This document shows positions 1 to 14,559 of a DNA stretch of 64,000 nt, piece by piece; positions within the stretch are counted from its first letter, which is position 1, and each line of letters begins with the position of its first letter. Origin of the DNA: Octopus sinensis (taxonomy: Eukaryota). The stretch lies in NCBI RefSeq assembly GCF_006345805.1, contig NC_043001.1:54560001-54624000 (forward strand), read 5' to 3'. The position numbers and the translations under genes were made by a program. Under the pieces are notes generated by a model. That model made no database searches, was not told where the DNA came from, and saw only the letters and a list, made by a program, of their open reading frames with translations.

Positions 1-1630
1 GTATGTTTTGTCACAGATAAATATACAGAAGTATGGATTACTCTCAGTTGATAGATCGACAGCTGAGTGCTACTACTCGATTAGAGTTGAGAGGGGCCTG
101 CACAAAAACAACATCTACAGGGATTCAACATTAATTACCTTCTCAATTAATTTTATATCTCTTCCGCCTTCAATTTCCATAGATTTTATTGTCCCGATTA
201 ACTTTTAGCAACATTTTTTTCAGTGTCAGCGTTGCATTGAACCAAGAAACATAAAAGTGATGAGACTGATCTGATTTCAAATTAAATTTAAATATAATTT
301 TAAATACTAAACCTCACAATCAGTGGCGATCGCACAAACGCCGCTTAGCAAACCCAGCATTCTACTAGTCCTCTATTACTAAAAAAAATTCTAGAATATC
401 ACCCTTATAATTAAAAGGCATAATAGAACTTGTAGCCATATAATACTACTATCTTCATCATAGTTGTTGGACTAGTTTGAAAAATTTCAAACCATCTTAA
501 CTTTATTAAGCATGGCAATCTGTCCACCCTCTATTCAATCCTCACAGCTTCGCTCTTATGAAAAACACTGGTCGAGTTACTATAGGTCTGAAAAAATACG
601 GGATAGTCTGGTTTGGATGTCTTCGATCACAAGTATATTCAATCAGGGCTGTCTGGGGTTAAACAGCAACAGACCTGAAAGTACTGAGAACGACAATAAC
701 TTTAGAAATCAACTGCTAGAGAGCATGTCATAAAAGAGATCACTGATGAGCACCAGGAATGCCATACAAACACACACAAACACAAACACACACAAACACA
801 AACACACACACACACGCAAACACACACACACACACACACACATACACATAAACACACACACACAAATTACACGCACACTCGCACAAACACACACACAATC
901 TTCCTTCTCTCTACCCTACCCTTCTCAAGAACATGACTATATAACTACAACTACAAAAACATACATAACAGTTCGAAGACAAACAGACTTAAAGCAGACC
1001 CCGTGGAGAAAAGGCATGCTACAGAAGAGGTCGTGGATGACGATGAAAGGACTTTGACAGACAACTGATTGGTAATTTCACCGACTGAATCGGCAAAAGA
1101 TCGATTTGTGCTTGGCTAAATAACTAACCAATACAGAAAGGAAACTCAACCAGTGCGTGTGTTTATTATTGGTGTAATGGCCCTCCCAAGATACAAAAAG
1201 AGTACAACAAAGTACTTCTGTAATATCAGCGTAGACATAGCTATGGTTCTGAAACCAGTGCATGAAGAATTCAGTATTATTTTGAATTAAAACTTACCAA
1301 ATTTAACTCTAAATAGAACTGAAACTTAAGTCAAGAATTTACGTCTATAACTAAGATGCCTTTGTATGAAAATATTTGATAAGCGATCGTCTACCATAAT
1401 AAAAGAGACATTATTTCTTTATCTATCTAGCTACCAAATGGATGAACTATCCATTTAATCAAGGAATTTGTTGGGTAACGACCAGAAATTACTTACTTGT
1501 GTGGAACGATCTACAAAGCTTTTTATGTTATGCTTGTTTAGAAAATATTCAATATGAGATACTGGGCAACTGCTGTAACTACTAAGACATCGGGCATAAT
1601 ATCTTACATCTAAATTGGTTTATTATATAT

Positions 1631-1680
<50 letters not shown>

Positions 1681-1681
1681 C

Positions 1682-1716
<35 letters not shown>

Positions 1717-1857
1717 GTGTGTATATATGTATGTATGTATGCATGTATGCATACGCGCAAATATACACAATTACACACATGTGCAAAATAAATACATACA
1801 TTTGCACACGTATATATGTAATGTGTGTGTGTGTATGTATGTATATATATATATATA

Positions 1858-1960
1858 AAGAAGAAGAAGAAGAAGAAGAAGAAGAAGAAGAAGAAGAAGA
1901 AGAAGAAGAAGAAGAAGAAGAAGAAGAAGAAGAAGAAGAAGAAGAAGAAGAAGAAGAAGA
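1858..1960. repeat. (GAA)n microsatellite
   Basis: Pure GAA run. Confidence 0.99.
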
Positions 1961-2026
1961 AACAGCAGGAACTTTGGAACATATAACAACGAATGAAAAT
2001 TGTTTTGTTTTAGATGAGTTCGCAGT

Positions 2027-2244
2027 ATTGGTTTCAAATTTTGGCACAAGGACAGCAAGTTCAGCGGAGGAGGGTAAATCGATTATATCGACCCCAATAC
2101 CCAACTGGTACTTACTTTATCGACGCCGAAAGGATGAAAGGCAAAGTGACCCCGGCAGAATTTGAACTCACAACATAAAGACGGACGAACTACCGCCAAG
2201 TATTTTTGTCCGGCGTGGTAATGATTTTACCAACTCACCACCCT
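2027..2244 (-). mobile_element. tRNA-SINE family A (tail 1)
   Basis: Matches the family consensus seen in the window: GGCGAGCTGGCAGAATCGTTAG (A box) ... GTTCAAATTCC (B box) ... GGTCGACTTTGCCTTTCATCCTTTCGGGGTCGATAAAATAAGTACC ... TGTGCCAAAATTTGAAACC. Confidence 0.9.
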
Positions 2245-2248
2245 AATA

Positions 2249-2324
2249 TATTGGTTTCAAATTTTGGCACCAGGCCAGCAAGTTCGAGAGAGGCAGTAAG
2301 TCGATTCTGCCAGCTCACCGCCCT
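2249..2324 (-). mobile_element. SINE family A, internally deleted copy
   Basis: Tail is joined directly to head through CGATT. Confidence 0.8.
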
Positions 2325-4344
2325 ACGCCATTGATGTTAGTAATACTGCAGACAAAGAGTATGTTATACAACTAGGCTCTATCAAAGAACTGAAATCACC
2401 CAAATTGCCAATCACTCAATGTCTTCAGCAAAGAAAACTTTTAACTTCTTGTTATTTCCAACCAACTTATCTCTACACCAGTTATTTATAATTTAAAGGT
2501 TTCTTTATGTAACAACAGCCTACATACGCGCGTCACTTCCTAACATTAATAATGCACTTCTAGTCCATAGCCGAACAAATTCTAAACAATATTATCGAAA
2601 CGTACTTTCTTGTTATGTTTCATATGAATAATGATGTCAATTGTACTTTATCTAGTGTTTACATATTTAGCTATCATCATTCTTAACAATTATTTACTTT
2701 CTATATTTCAAAGATAACTTATCTCGTTTTATTTTCTCCATATTCTGTAACAGTTAAGTTTCAGAAACTAACTACGCTACTGTCTTCGATGATATCCCTG
2801 GAATTCCTCTTATGCAGTAAGATTCTTCAATATTTCAGTTGGGTCGAGCTTGTGTGGTAGTAACTAAACCATAGCACCAATAAGGTAAATAAAAGAGAAT
2901 GAGAAGCATTCTACTCTGGGCAGAATATTTTATAGGGAGTGATACTTTTAATGTTGACTGTTTTTTGTTTTGTTTTTTTTTCGTGAGGAGGTGCAAATAG
3001 AAGAAAGAAATACTGCTAAACATTTTGTCCGACGCGTTAACGATTCTTCCAACTTACCGCCTTCATAGTCGCTAATTATGGTGGTCGTAAGCACATTGTT
3101 ATCGTGAACCAAGAAGAGCTGTCTGAGGTTGGAGAGATCACAACAATGGCTGAAACTAATTCTCATTTTCTGTTCACAATGAGATTGTATGTAAACAATA
3201 ACAGTGTTTACCGACATTCCAATGTATTTAATTTATTACAATTCATTAAATAATTCATTTCGGTTTAAAATATGTACATTTGTACTGTTTAACCTCATAT
3301 AGCGGAAGACCGAAACAATCTGACGATAGAAAGCAAGTATTAAAATGTTGATGGTTGTACATTGCTATTGTTGAACCTGGGTGAACAAGCTTATGTTGAA
3401 AGGTGTTCCAGTCGAGAACATGCCGTCTTTTCTGCTTTTATCAGAGTTTATATCAGAGTCTATGTTTCTTTAAAATTTGAAAGACCAGCCTTGTCATATT
3501 TTATGACACGCTGGTTCTACCTGGAAATTAAATTAAGGACAGGGCTGGTTTTAAGCCAATTAGACAGAATTGTTCAAATTGGGCCCCGCACACACACTTG
3601 AATGAAGGACGCTGTGATGAATTTTTAGTGTATCATTGTTGCTAATGATGGGTCCTCAAGCTCTCAATGCTTTTTGGCTGAGACTGGCATTTTACACGAA
3701 GCATAAAACATCAATCTTGAGCAGAGGACCCTACTGGCAATTCCCCGCACATCCTGGCTAAGAGTACACATATCCGCGAAATTTTCAACCACTTACAAAC
3801 TAATTCCAGGAGCAGGTAATTTAGGTGATCGAATAACGGAATACTTATCGAAACTGGCGTAAATTCATTTACTTACTTCAGTGTTGTGGTTGCTGTTGTT
3901 GCTGTTCTTGCTGTTATAGATGTTATTGATATTATCATTCTTGTTGTTAATGCTGCTGCTGTTGTTATTCTTGTTGTTTTTCTTCTTTCCCTTCTTTTTC
4001 TTGTTTAGCCCCCTCTCCCCAACCAAGTCAACCTTGACTGGGCAAGCCTAGGATCAAAAGCATTCCTGCTGTGACCATCCCGTCTTTTACCTCTTTAAAG
4101 GAACTAATGACTACAGTAGTCAATGCATCCTTTTCTAATAAAGCTAGTCGTCATTTGAATGAAATTTCGCTGCTATTTCTAACAGGTCAGGCAAATACTT
4201 TGAAACTCCGTCTATGCTACAATTACGTTTGTGCATTTCAGAAGTTTTCAGATTATTATAGGAGAGGTAGTCATTACAATTACTGTAACTTTAATATAGC
4301 ATTACTTGAAATCTAATAAGCTGACCTGCCAACTTCTTATTCCA

Positions 4345-4735
4345 GATTGAAGGAAATGACTATAACAGCACTTTGAACAAACCCTGCTAAAACACTCATT
4401 GTCACAATTCCATCCTTGTAACCAACTACTTGACAAAGAGGGGCATCAAATCTGTGCCTTAACCCGCTCCAGTCCAGGTTATTCCCCAAACTGAAGGAGA
4501 ACTTCAAAAGCAGTCGTTTTGAAGCCATTGAGAAAATGAAGACTGTTACAAGAGTCTGGGCACCTTAACTTTGGATGATTTCCACGAGGGCCTTCACGAA
4601 GTAGTTGAAGGGCTACAACAAGAACAGTGAAGTCCGAGTATACTACTTTGAAGGAGGTTAGGGTTTTGTACTTTGAAATAAATGTCCCTCCTGAAAAAGT
4701 CTCAAAACTTCTGGAATGCACTTCGTACACGTTAT
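4345..4735 (+). mobile_element. Mariner transposase C-terminal remnant
   Basis: GIKSVP...LFPKLKENFKSSRFEAIEKMK...LTLDDFH...YNK.SEVRVYYFEG, ending in a mariner-like terminus AAAAGTCTCAAAACTTCTGGAATGCACTTCGTA. Confidence 0.75.
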
Positions 4736-5361
4736 ATCAAGGTTATTCAGTATTTTAAAGCTAGTTAAAGAATATCAACAGAACATTTACTAATGGGAAA
4801 ACTCAATACTGAAACTAGTTATTCAGTGAATTTCAAAACAGGTGAATTGTACTTTAGCTTAAGATAGGTTTATCATAATTAGTATTGTTGTTGTTGTTGT
4901 AAAAGGATTAGCAGCCGTTCAAGGTAGAACTGTTTATTTTGGTTCTAAAGATGAAATCTAGTATTTATGATGCAATATTAGTAAACCCGATTCGTTAACT
5001 ACTCGGTCCCTCATAACTCCTTGCTTATGACATTATAATTAAAACGATTTAATAACCTACTTCTGCACTGGTACTTGAAACCTTTCTTGTGTTACTTTTG
5101 GTAATTGCATATTTATTTATGTATTTATGTGTTTCTGCAGATGAAGGATACTTGATGCCATATCCAATGTCCGTGTGCATGTGCGTGTGCTTATGTGTGT
5201 GTGCGTGCGTATGTGTGTATAAGCATGCATGTACATATATGCACATAGATAGTTATGCATGCATATACATGCAAACGTATACATTTATATGTGTTTGTAT
5301 TACGTACATGTGTATATGTGTGAGTGTGTGTGTGTGTGTGCATGCGTGTACATATATATAT

Positions 5362-5439
<78 letters not shown>

Positions 5440-5700
5440 AAAATCATTTTATTCCACACGGGTAGAAATATAGGAAAACTGGAAGTTGAAAATGCACTAA
5501 GAATAGTTAAAATATATTTTATTAATATATTTAAAGCTTTAACTGGTTTCACAGTTTACACTGATTTTCAAAAAGTTCAAATAGAAAGATGTGGTTTATG
5601 TTGCAGCTCTCTTGCTTCTGACTAGTGTTTGAAGCTTGCCCTATTTTTATAGGGAGTTCGTGGCTCAAGTTAGTATATGTTTTGATTAGGATTTGATTGG

Positions 5701-7267
5701 CAGAGGATAGTCACATGATTGGTCTTAGAAATTTTTGTAGGTTCCCCGCTACGTCCGTGCGTTAGTATCAAGTGACAATGTTTGACGTCGTAAGTTAAGG
5801 TTGACACGGTTGAACAACATATAGATTTCAAAAATCTAATCAATAGCATAAACAATGATATTAACTTTACCATGGAATACAATAAATCTCAGCGACCATT
5901 CCTGGATATACTAATCATCAAAAGAGATAGAAACACTGAAACAGATATTCGCTACAAACAAGCAGATTCTAAACAATACTTACTGTTCTCCTCATGCCAT
6001 CCCAAACACATAAAAAATAATATCCACTTTAATCTAGCAAGAAGAATCTGTACAATTGTCTCAAACCCTGAAACTCGCAATAAAAGACTCCAGGGACTAA
6101 AACAAGTACTACTTAAAAGACAATATCAATTTAATTTTAATAAACAACGGAATAGAACGTGCCAAAGCAATAAGTATCGAAAACTATGAAAAACGAAAAC
6201 GGTCCAGATACATCCAGTAATCTACCTTTTTTTTACAACACACAACCCCAAAAAACAGAGCTTTACAATATCATCCACCAGAACATCCCACTTCTAAAAC
6301 AAGACCCAAGGATGAAACAAGCATTCGAAACACACAAAATAATCAAAAGTAAAAGACAATCAAAGTCCCTCAAAAAATTCCTTACAACTGTTAAATTACC
6401 TTCCACAATTCCTACACCAACAGTGTGGCTGCCCCAATTGCAGAATCTGCATTTGAAGATACAACATACAAATTTAAATCGGGACAGATTTTTACTGTAA
6501 AAAATCACTTTACATGTTCTTCAAGGAATTTAATATATGCTATCAAATGTCAAGGATGTAATGAAGATTACATAGGTCAAACAAAGCTTACCAAAGAAGT
6601 AGGCTGACCGTTCGCCGACAACAAATACGAGACTCCAGTACTAGACAGATTCCACTGAGTGGTCACATAGACATATGTGCAAAAATAAGTCTCCCAAATT
6701 CCAGACCTTCCCACTCTGGACATGTTCACCAAATACCACAGGTGAAGTACGGATAAACAAAGAAAATACTTTCATACAAAAGTACAAACCAAGACTTAAC
6801 AAACTTTAACAGAGTACATACACAAATAACTATTCACACACAAAACTCATTCTGCCACTTATCATGAGGAAGCTACACAACTAACAACCTAAATTTTAGT
6901 CACTGGACTACATACAAACGACTCCTGCCCACTCCCCCACCAAACAGATTAAATTTGGCGTGCTTTAATTATAACTAAACATGTTCACTCTACCGTGTCG
7001 TCCTTCTTGTTAGACGCCAAATACACTGTTACGTGACACCAACGCACGAACGTAGCGGGAAACGTACAAAAGTTTATAAACTTAATCATGTGTACATTTC
7101 CTATAAACACTTCACAGAAAACATTCAGAGCATTGATTGTTTGGACAAGTTCAATCAACTGTATCAGCCTCAACTTACGACGCCAAATATTGTCACTTGA
7201 TACTAACACACAGACGTAGAGGGGAACCTACAAAAATTTCTAAGACCAGTCAGATGACTATCCTCTG
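5701..7267 (+). mobile_element. 5'-truncated Penelope-like element (RT thumb + GIY-YIG) with inverted terminal repeat
   Basis: PFLDILI...YLLFSSCHPKHIKNNIHFNLARRICTIVS (PLE RT C-terminus) and FTCSSRNLIYAIKCQGCNEDYIGQT (GIY-YIG), with frameshifts. 5701-5813 is an inverted copy of 7155-7267 (about 12 mismatches in 113 bp). Confidence 0.9.
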
Positions 7268-7404
7268 TATATATGTATGTGTGTATATATGTATGTATGT
7301 ATGGATGGATGGATGGATGGATGAACGTGTATATATTTCCATCGCCATGATTGACCGCTTACCACTAAAGCTGTTTTTATTCTCTCTCGGTTTTTCTCGT
7401 GTTC

Positions 7405-7440
7405 CTTTCTGTTGAAGAGCGTCGGCTCGAAACGTAAAAG
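7405..7440 (+). ncRNA. Variant minimal HHR candidate (A6U, extra A after A9)
   Basis: CTTT CTGTTGA A GAGC-GTCG-GCTC GAA ACGT A AAAG: 4-bp helix I, 4-bp helix II with tetraloop, palindromic ACGT. Confidence 0.4.
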
Positions 7441-7647
7441 ACTTTCTCACCTTCCCGAGCGTTAAAATAATACACCTGTTTGTTGTTTACACCTGTCTTC
7501 GTCTTTTGTTTTTTTGTAAATTCCAACCATGTACATATATATCCGGTTCTTGACTGAAGATTGAAGGCTTCGAATGTCCCGTCCGTGTTTTTTGTATCGT
7601 CTTCTAAATGTTTCACGTTCTTGTCCAGTTTGTATTTTTTTACATTT

Positions 7648-7714
<67 letters not shown>

Positions 7715-7859
7715 TATGAATTTATAAATGTATATTCATGTATGTATATATTTATATATTGTAAGTTTATATCATAAAGTTCAAGTTTATTATATATATA
7801 CACACACGCATACATATGTGTGTACATGTATACATAACCATGTACACACACACACACAC

Positions 7860-7919
<60 letters not shown>

Positions 7920-8689
7920 ATAATATATATATATATTACTATTCCCACGAGCTAAGTCGACCATTTTTCTACTATTTGCAAAACTTTGTCGTTTTTTAGC
8001 TTTATATTTTGCTCGTCTGAGATAACTGACACCTCTCACTCACGATGTTTCCCCCATGTTCTATTAGAAAGGCGAAGAAAACTCTGTTTTTGTGATTAAA
8101 ATCAGGTCTAAAGGGGATTGAAAGATGTTACTGCCAGCAATATAGCAACGTAACAGTGCTAATTATACTAATAATACGATGATGCTGATGACTTACTTTG
8201 GCACAAAGCCATACATTTTTTCGGTAACTCAATTCGACGCCCGTATATTACTGATGCTTATATTATCGGCTCAATAAGCGTGAAAAGGTGGAATCGACCC
8301 CGGTGGGATATGAACTCAAAACTTTGAGACACAGAGCTAAATATTGAAATGAATTTTGGCTTAATGCTCTTCCGCTTCTGCCACTCTGATTCTTCTCAAC
8401 AGGAATAAATATAAAAACAGGTAACATGAACAGAAAACCATATATTTACAGTAAAGTGAATATTGCAGAATGAATCAACGCACAGTGCTTGGTTATATTA
8501 TGTTGGAGGGATGAAAACTAAACTTGGGCTGGTGTTGGATTTCAACATAGAACGCAAGGACTTAATTAGAAAATGCATTTATGCGGTCCATTAATGTCTG
8601 CTAATACTGACGATACACTATTCAATACTGTGATCCTACCCGAGCATCACCTTCTAATGTATACTTAATTACGTCGACCATATATATGT

Positions 8690-10830
8690 ATATATATACA
8701 GCCCTACACCTCCACGCTTCAACCTCAAAGATCATGAGAAAGACTTTATAACCAAACCATCGATACACCTCATATGCTTCATCAAACCCGACCTGGGAAG
8801 AATACGCGAAAACATTTTGGACAAAATAATACCAATCATCAAGGAGAGATTAAACGTCAACTTATGGTCCTGTACAGGTGAAGTTATAACGTGATTCCAT
8901 TTCTTAAACAACAAAAACTCTTATTCTTTCCTACAATTCGATATAAATAATTACTACTCTTCTATTTCTCCCAAATTTCTTAATCAAGCTCTCTTTCTAG
9001 CTAAGAATCTAACTAACCATACCGCACTATAAAATAACATAATCCTTAATGCCCGTAAAACCGTTATTTCTTTTGAAGACAAATTCTAGTGCCGGGCAAT
9101 TCACCATAACAATACTAATAACCATAGCAGTTTATTTGACATTACCATGGGATCATCCGACCCCGCCCAGGTCACCGACCTCATTGGACTATACATACTC
9201 CACCAGCTCAAAATACATTTCCCTAACCTCAAGGGATGCTGCTACAGAGATGACGTCATACTAGTTACGAAGAGCGTAAATAAATCCTTTGTAGAACGAT
9301 CTAGAAAGATCTACACAAATTTTTCTCTAGCCTAAACCTGTCTATTACTTTTGAAAATTCCCTCAAAACTACTAACTTTTTAGACGTAACTTTAAACTTA
9401 GGACCCTCCCAATGCTCCTCTTATCACAAACCTAACGAACATCTTAAATACCTAAATGTTCATTCCAATCACCACGAATCCACCTTTGACAACATTCTCA
9501 AGAGTATCTCGATCCGCATATCTGACCACTCTTCCACTGAGGAAATATTCAATAACCACGCACCATATTACTCAATATTCAAAAATCACGCACCAAGCGC
9601 TTGCTGCCAGCGGCTTCTCCCAATAAATAAAATACATCCCTAATACTAGGCTCAAGCAACATATATCTCAAATCACATCGCAACGACACACCAACCATCA
9701 GAATCACAACAGACCACACATACACTATGCTAGAACCCCGGGAGAAACCGCATTAAAATAACCTAGACCCCATACGCACACAATATAACACTAGGTCAAA
9801 AGCTAACAACAACGGACCATGATACCACCTCCATTTTCCAAAAATATAAATAGCACCAGCCCTAAGCACCTCCCCCCCACAAAAAAAGTGGTGGACGCTC
9901 TATTCTATGGTATACACCCGCCTTCTCACTAAATGTTAAGAACTTAGCTAAATCCTTCTTTAATATACTGGACTCCAACTTCCCTTGTCAACATAAATAC
10001 TACTCTATCTTTAATAGATCTACCCTGAAGCTATCCTATTCCCCCACCCAACTTCGAGTCTATCATAGTAGCCTCTAATGAACAAAATCTTTCTCTCTAC
10101 TATCAAAACTCAGGCTATAACAACTCTGAATACACGAGCGCTCAACATATACACAGCTCCAGCATTGAACCCCATATGTTAGACCACAATCATAACCCAA
10201 CCTATCCTACTAACACTATCCAGAATACTACCACAACTTCCACCACCGTTACAGATAGAATAATTAACAACAACGATAGTAATAATAATGATAATAGTAA
10301 TAATACTAATAACTTAGACCTTTCTACCCCATCTCTAACCTCTCCTCTGACAGTATTACCTCCTCCATTCCTGAAAATAATCCCCAAAATACACCCACTT
10401 GTAACTGCTGTCCTGGGTCAATCTGCCCTCTACAAACCCATTGTAGAAGATCTAATGAAATTTACACTTGCACTGTCCTCAACACATTACACAATTCTAC
10501 AGCGATATATATAGGGTCAACCATAACTTTAAAACAGCGATATGCCGTTCATCTCAATTCTTTTAAATACGACAAACACAGTAAATCCACAACACTCGCC
10601 AGTCACAAAAATCATCTCAAAAATAGAAATATTCCCTACATTTTGTCATGGTCTGTAATAGATTCAGGGCTTCCATACCAAGGTAAAAGCTTAGCCTGTA
10701 AGTTATACCTAAAAGAGGCACTCCACATGTTAAAACACAACTCCTCGACACTACTAAATAAATATAATGAGGCCCTAAGTACATGCAACCACCCGCTTAT
10801 TTCATACCTTCAAATTTTACCACAAATCTA
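8690..10830 (+). mobile_element. Degenerate Penelope-like element (RT + GIY-YIG)
   Basis: FLQFDINNYYSSI, MGSSDPAQVTDLIGLYIL...CYRDD, NFLDVTLNL, WYTPAFSLNVK and CNCCPGSICPL...EIYTC...IYIGST..LKQRYAVH, with many stops and frameshifts. Confidence 0.85.
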
Positions 10831-11028
10831 AATGCAAGCTAAATAATCACAACAACCCTACTTAACTTTCCTTTATCTCCATTTTAACTTTTTGAACTCC
10901 CCTATCTTACTTTAGGGATCTCAATCATTTAATACTACATATATGGACATGCAGGCGGATACATGTGAGTGTATAAATGTGTGTGCATGTATATTTGCGT
11001 ATGCATGTATATATATGTGGGTATATAT

Positions 11029-11515
<487 letters not shown>

Positions 11516-12778
11516 TATATATATACATATTCCAAGAAACAGCTGTAAGATATTTTCCCAATTTCTATTCCAGTATGTTATATATTTTAATAATTACTGG
11601 TATCTTTATATATTTTATATGTCAAGCATAATATGCTATACATGTATGTATATTCTTGTAATTGTCATTTTAGTAAATAAATAAATAAATAAATTGACAT
11701 AATATAATTTCTAAAATTCGATGAACCACCTATTGATCCCCTCCATTTTCTTATTGCTCTCTGTATATACATATATACGTGTGTGTGTGTATGTATGTAT
11801 GTACGTGCATATGTATATACAAATATATATGAGTGAGTGAGTGCATGTGTATATATGTATACGTATGTACCTGCATGCACGCGTGCGTTTGACTGTGTAA
11901 GTACATGTGCACCAGCGCGTATGTACGTGAGTGTGAACGTATATATATGTATGTATGCATATGCGCACATGTATATGTACTTGTGTGCGCGCCTACGTAT
12001 ATCATTACAAATTTCCTCTCTGAATCCTACCTCCACACTAACCTATACAATCATATACGTCTATTTATAGACATTTGACATCATTGTATTCTTCCCTTCA
12101 CACATACACACGTATGTGTGTATATGTGTGTGCAGTTGTGCAAGTGTAGGCAGGAAGAAAAAAAACAAAATGCGTAAAGTATGTAATTGTGGGTTTGAAT
12201 ATATGCGTGTGTGAGAGTATGTGTGTTTGGATGTGTACGTATTGAGAAGGGAAATATATATATAACTATTAAAATCAGCGCATTAAGTTTTTGGTAACTT
12301 TAAATGCCGCTGAGTCATTGAGTTAAGCACAAACTGTTTTATAGTCATTCCTTTGTGCTATATTTTGCCGATGAAGTATACAGGAATGCTTTTATTTCTA
12401 AATTTGGCACTGTAAACAACAACAATTATACACTCAAAACAAGTTGAATTCAATTCTACAAGCTTTTAACATAAACTCTACTACTATGTGGTACCTGCAT
12501 GCAGCTTGGTAAACGAGGTTGTTATACGAACCGCTGATATTTCGTCAAATAGCTTTGAAACTGATCATAGCAAAGTGCTTTTTGTATGATATGAATTGCT
12601 GTCACATCGCTCAATAGTTCTGCAATAGAGCGATAGATTATTGAATTTGGTAGTATGTTCCCTTGTTTGTAATTCTTCAGAAATGACTATACTGAGATTT
12701 TAAACAAAGACATAAAGGATCCTTCGTCATTACTTTTGTAACCACGGTGAAGGCTTTACTGCGCTGATTGTCATTTAT

Positions 12779-12995
12779 ATTGGTTTCAAATTTTGGCACA
12801 AGGCCAGCAATTTTGTGAGAGGAGATAAATCGATTACGTTGTTGCCAGTACTCAACTGGTACTTATTTTATCGACGCCGAGAGCATAAAAGGCAAAGACG
12901 ACCTCGGCAGAATTTCAACTCAAAACGTAAGGACGGGCGAAATGCCGCTAAGTATTTTACCCGGCAAGCTAACGATTCTGCCAACTCGCCGCCTT
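12779..12995 (-). mobile_element. SINE family A (tail 1)
   Basis: Full-length match to the family consensus. Confidence 0.9.
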
Positions 12996-14440
12996 CATTC
13001 TCTTTTATATTAAACTCGAAATGTGTCTGACTATGTCACTTGTTCTTGCTGAAACATTTAAAATAATATTTATAATTTTTTGTTTTTGTCTTTGCTTTTT
13101 GCTTTTCGTTGTTGTTTTTTCCTGACTACCTAATTATTTGTAATTAACATTTTAATTATCCCTATATCAAATATGTCGGCACTAACTTTACTATTTATAG
13201 ATGGCACCCCTGAATCATTTTTTCTACAAGCAATTCTATTTTCGTATCAGTGGTACAGCGACAAGGAGCCAGAGAAGCAGTCCACTCTGGGCAGCATATT
13301 TTGGCAACGGTACTTTACGTATTCTTCGTAGGGAGAAGCAAACTCGAAAACGGCCCCGAGTAGCACAAATCCTTGATATGCCATTGTTCCGTCATGAAAC
13401 AATGTGCAATATTGTACTTTTACTTTGTGATTCTTCCATCGCTACTTTGACAAATGCAAAGAAAGCAGTGCTTCGTTGATTATAATGAGACTAGCACATG
13501 TCTGCAATCATCTCCCTTGCTTGCCAAAGCCACAATCAAAATTATATTAGTCACATTCTAATATTAATGTTTCCTCATCACATAAATATTTCTGAAAAGC
13601 ATTTCTGAGAATCGCTGTTTGCTTGTTTTTGTTTCCTTGCTTGCTTAGTCTTTTATTCTTTTGCATTCGGATGACGTCTCTGAGTCGTTTATGGTGAGAA
13701 AAAAAAGGATATAAATGGATTGACTAACACTCAAACGACTGATAAGAAATGCTACAATGCATGCATTATTCCGACACGGACAACTTCCTGATATGACAAA
13801 AAAAAATCTTTATTATTAACCAGACTTAACGCTCTTTAACTTCAATAATATGAAACTGGGGAACCAGCATTGTTAAGTGCCAAGCTATCTGTAACAAATT
13901 ATAATTATACTCACTATAGTTTCCTTGGATAACCTGGCAAGTGCCAACAAAAATTCCGAAAGGGTAACAAATTTTTATACGCTCTAAAGAATTCCTGTAA
14001 GCAGAAGTGTTGTCTAGAAAATACCATTGAGAATTGTTTCATACCTAGGAGTTAGAGATTCGTTATCTTTTATAAAACAATAATTCTTTTGATGTGTTGA
14101 GAAAAATTGTATAAACACTTCTTACCAGTTTCCTTTCCGCCATCTCCACCATCGCCTCCACTTCACTCCTCCCTTCCCTCTTCTCTCCCACTTTAACTGG
14201 ATATATATCAGCACCTATATATATGTGTGTGTATATGTGTGTATGTGTGTCTGCATGTGTGTGTGTGCGCGCATATATGTCCATGGGTGTGTGTGTTTGT
14301 GTATGTATTCGTGTGTATTTATATTTATATGCCGACTATGTATATGTGTATGCCAGTGCCTGTTTCCGTACATTTATATATATTCTCTCTGTCTCTTTTC
14401 TCCCTCTCTCTCTCTCCTTCTATATCTCTCCTCCTCTCTC

Positions 14441-14473
<33 letters not shown>

Positions 14474-14559
14474 CTCTTTTAAAATTTCTCTTTCCGTTCA
14501 TTCGCGTCAACCAAAAGATCTTTACATTTTTCCTTTCTTGCATTTTTTTTCTCTTACAC

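Noticed and set aside
1295-1340. GAA-ACTTAAGT-C palindrome
   Set aside because: No CUGANGA-like core or helix II upstream.
746-2165. ORFs rich in HT, YI, CV, E, S, F or L runs here and at about 11000-12000, 14200-15300, 19000-20400 and 55480-55960
   Set aside because: Translations of microsatellites, not genes.
3340-3830. Higher-complexity stretches here and at 13240-13500, 17760-18130, 46850-47070 and 48700-49050
   Set aside because: Manual multi-frame translation gave stops and no recognisable motifs. They are probably old TE debris; a BLASTx would settle it.
5089-5150. Signal-peptide-like MLLLVIAYLFMYLCVSADEG
   Set aside because: Starts at GTG, is AT-rich and intron-like, and runs into a microsatellite with no exon partner.
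7035-7072. GAAACGTA in the PLE 3' region
   Set aside because: No upstream core or helix I partner in register.
7545-7590. CTGAAGA...CGAATGTC second HHR-like motif
   Set aside because: GAAA/helix III and helix I cannot be formed; at most a decayed relic.
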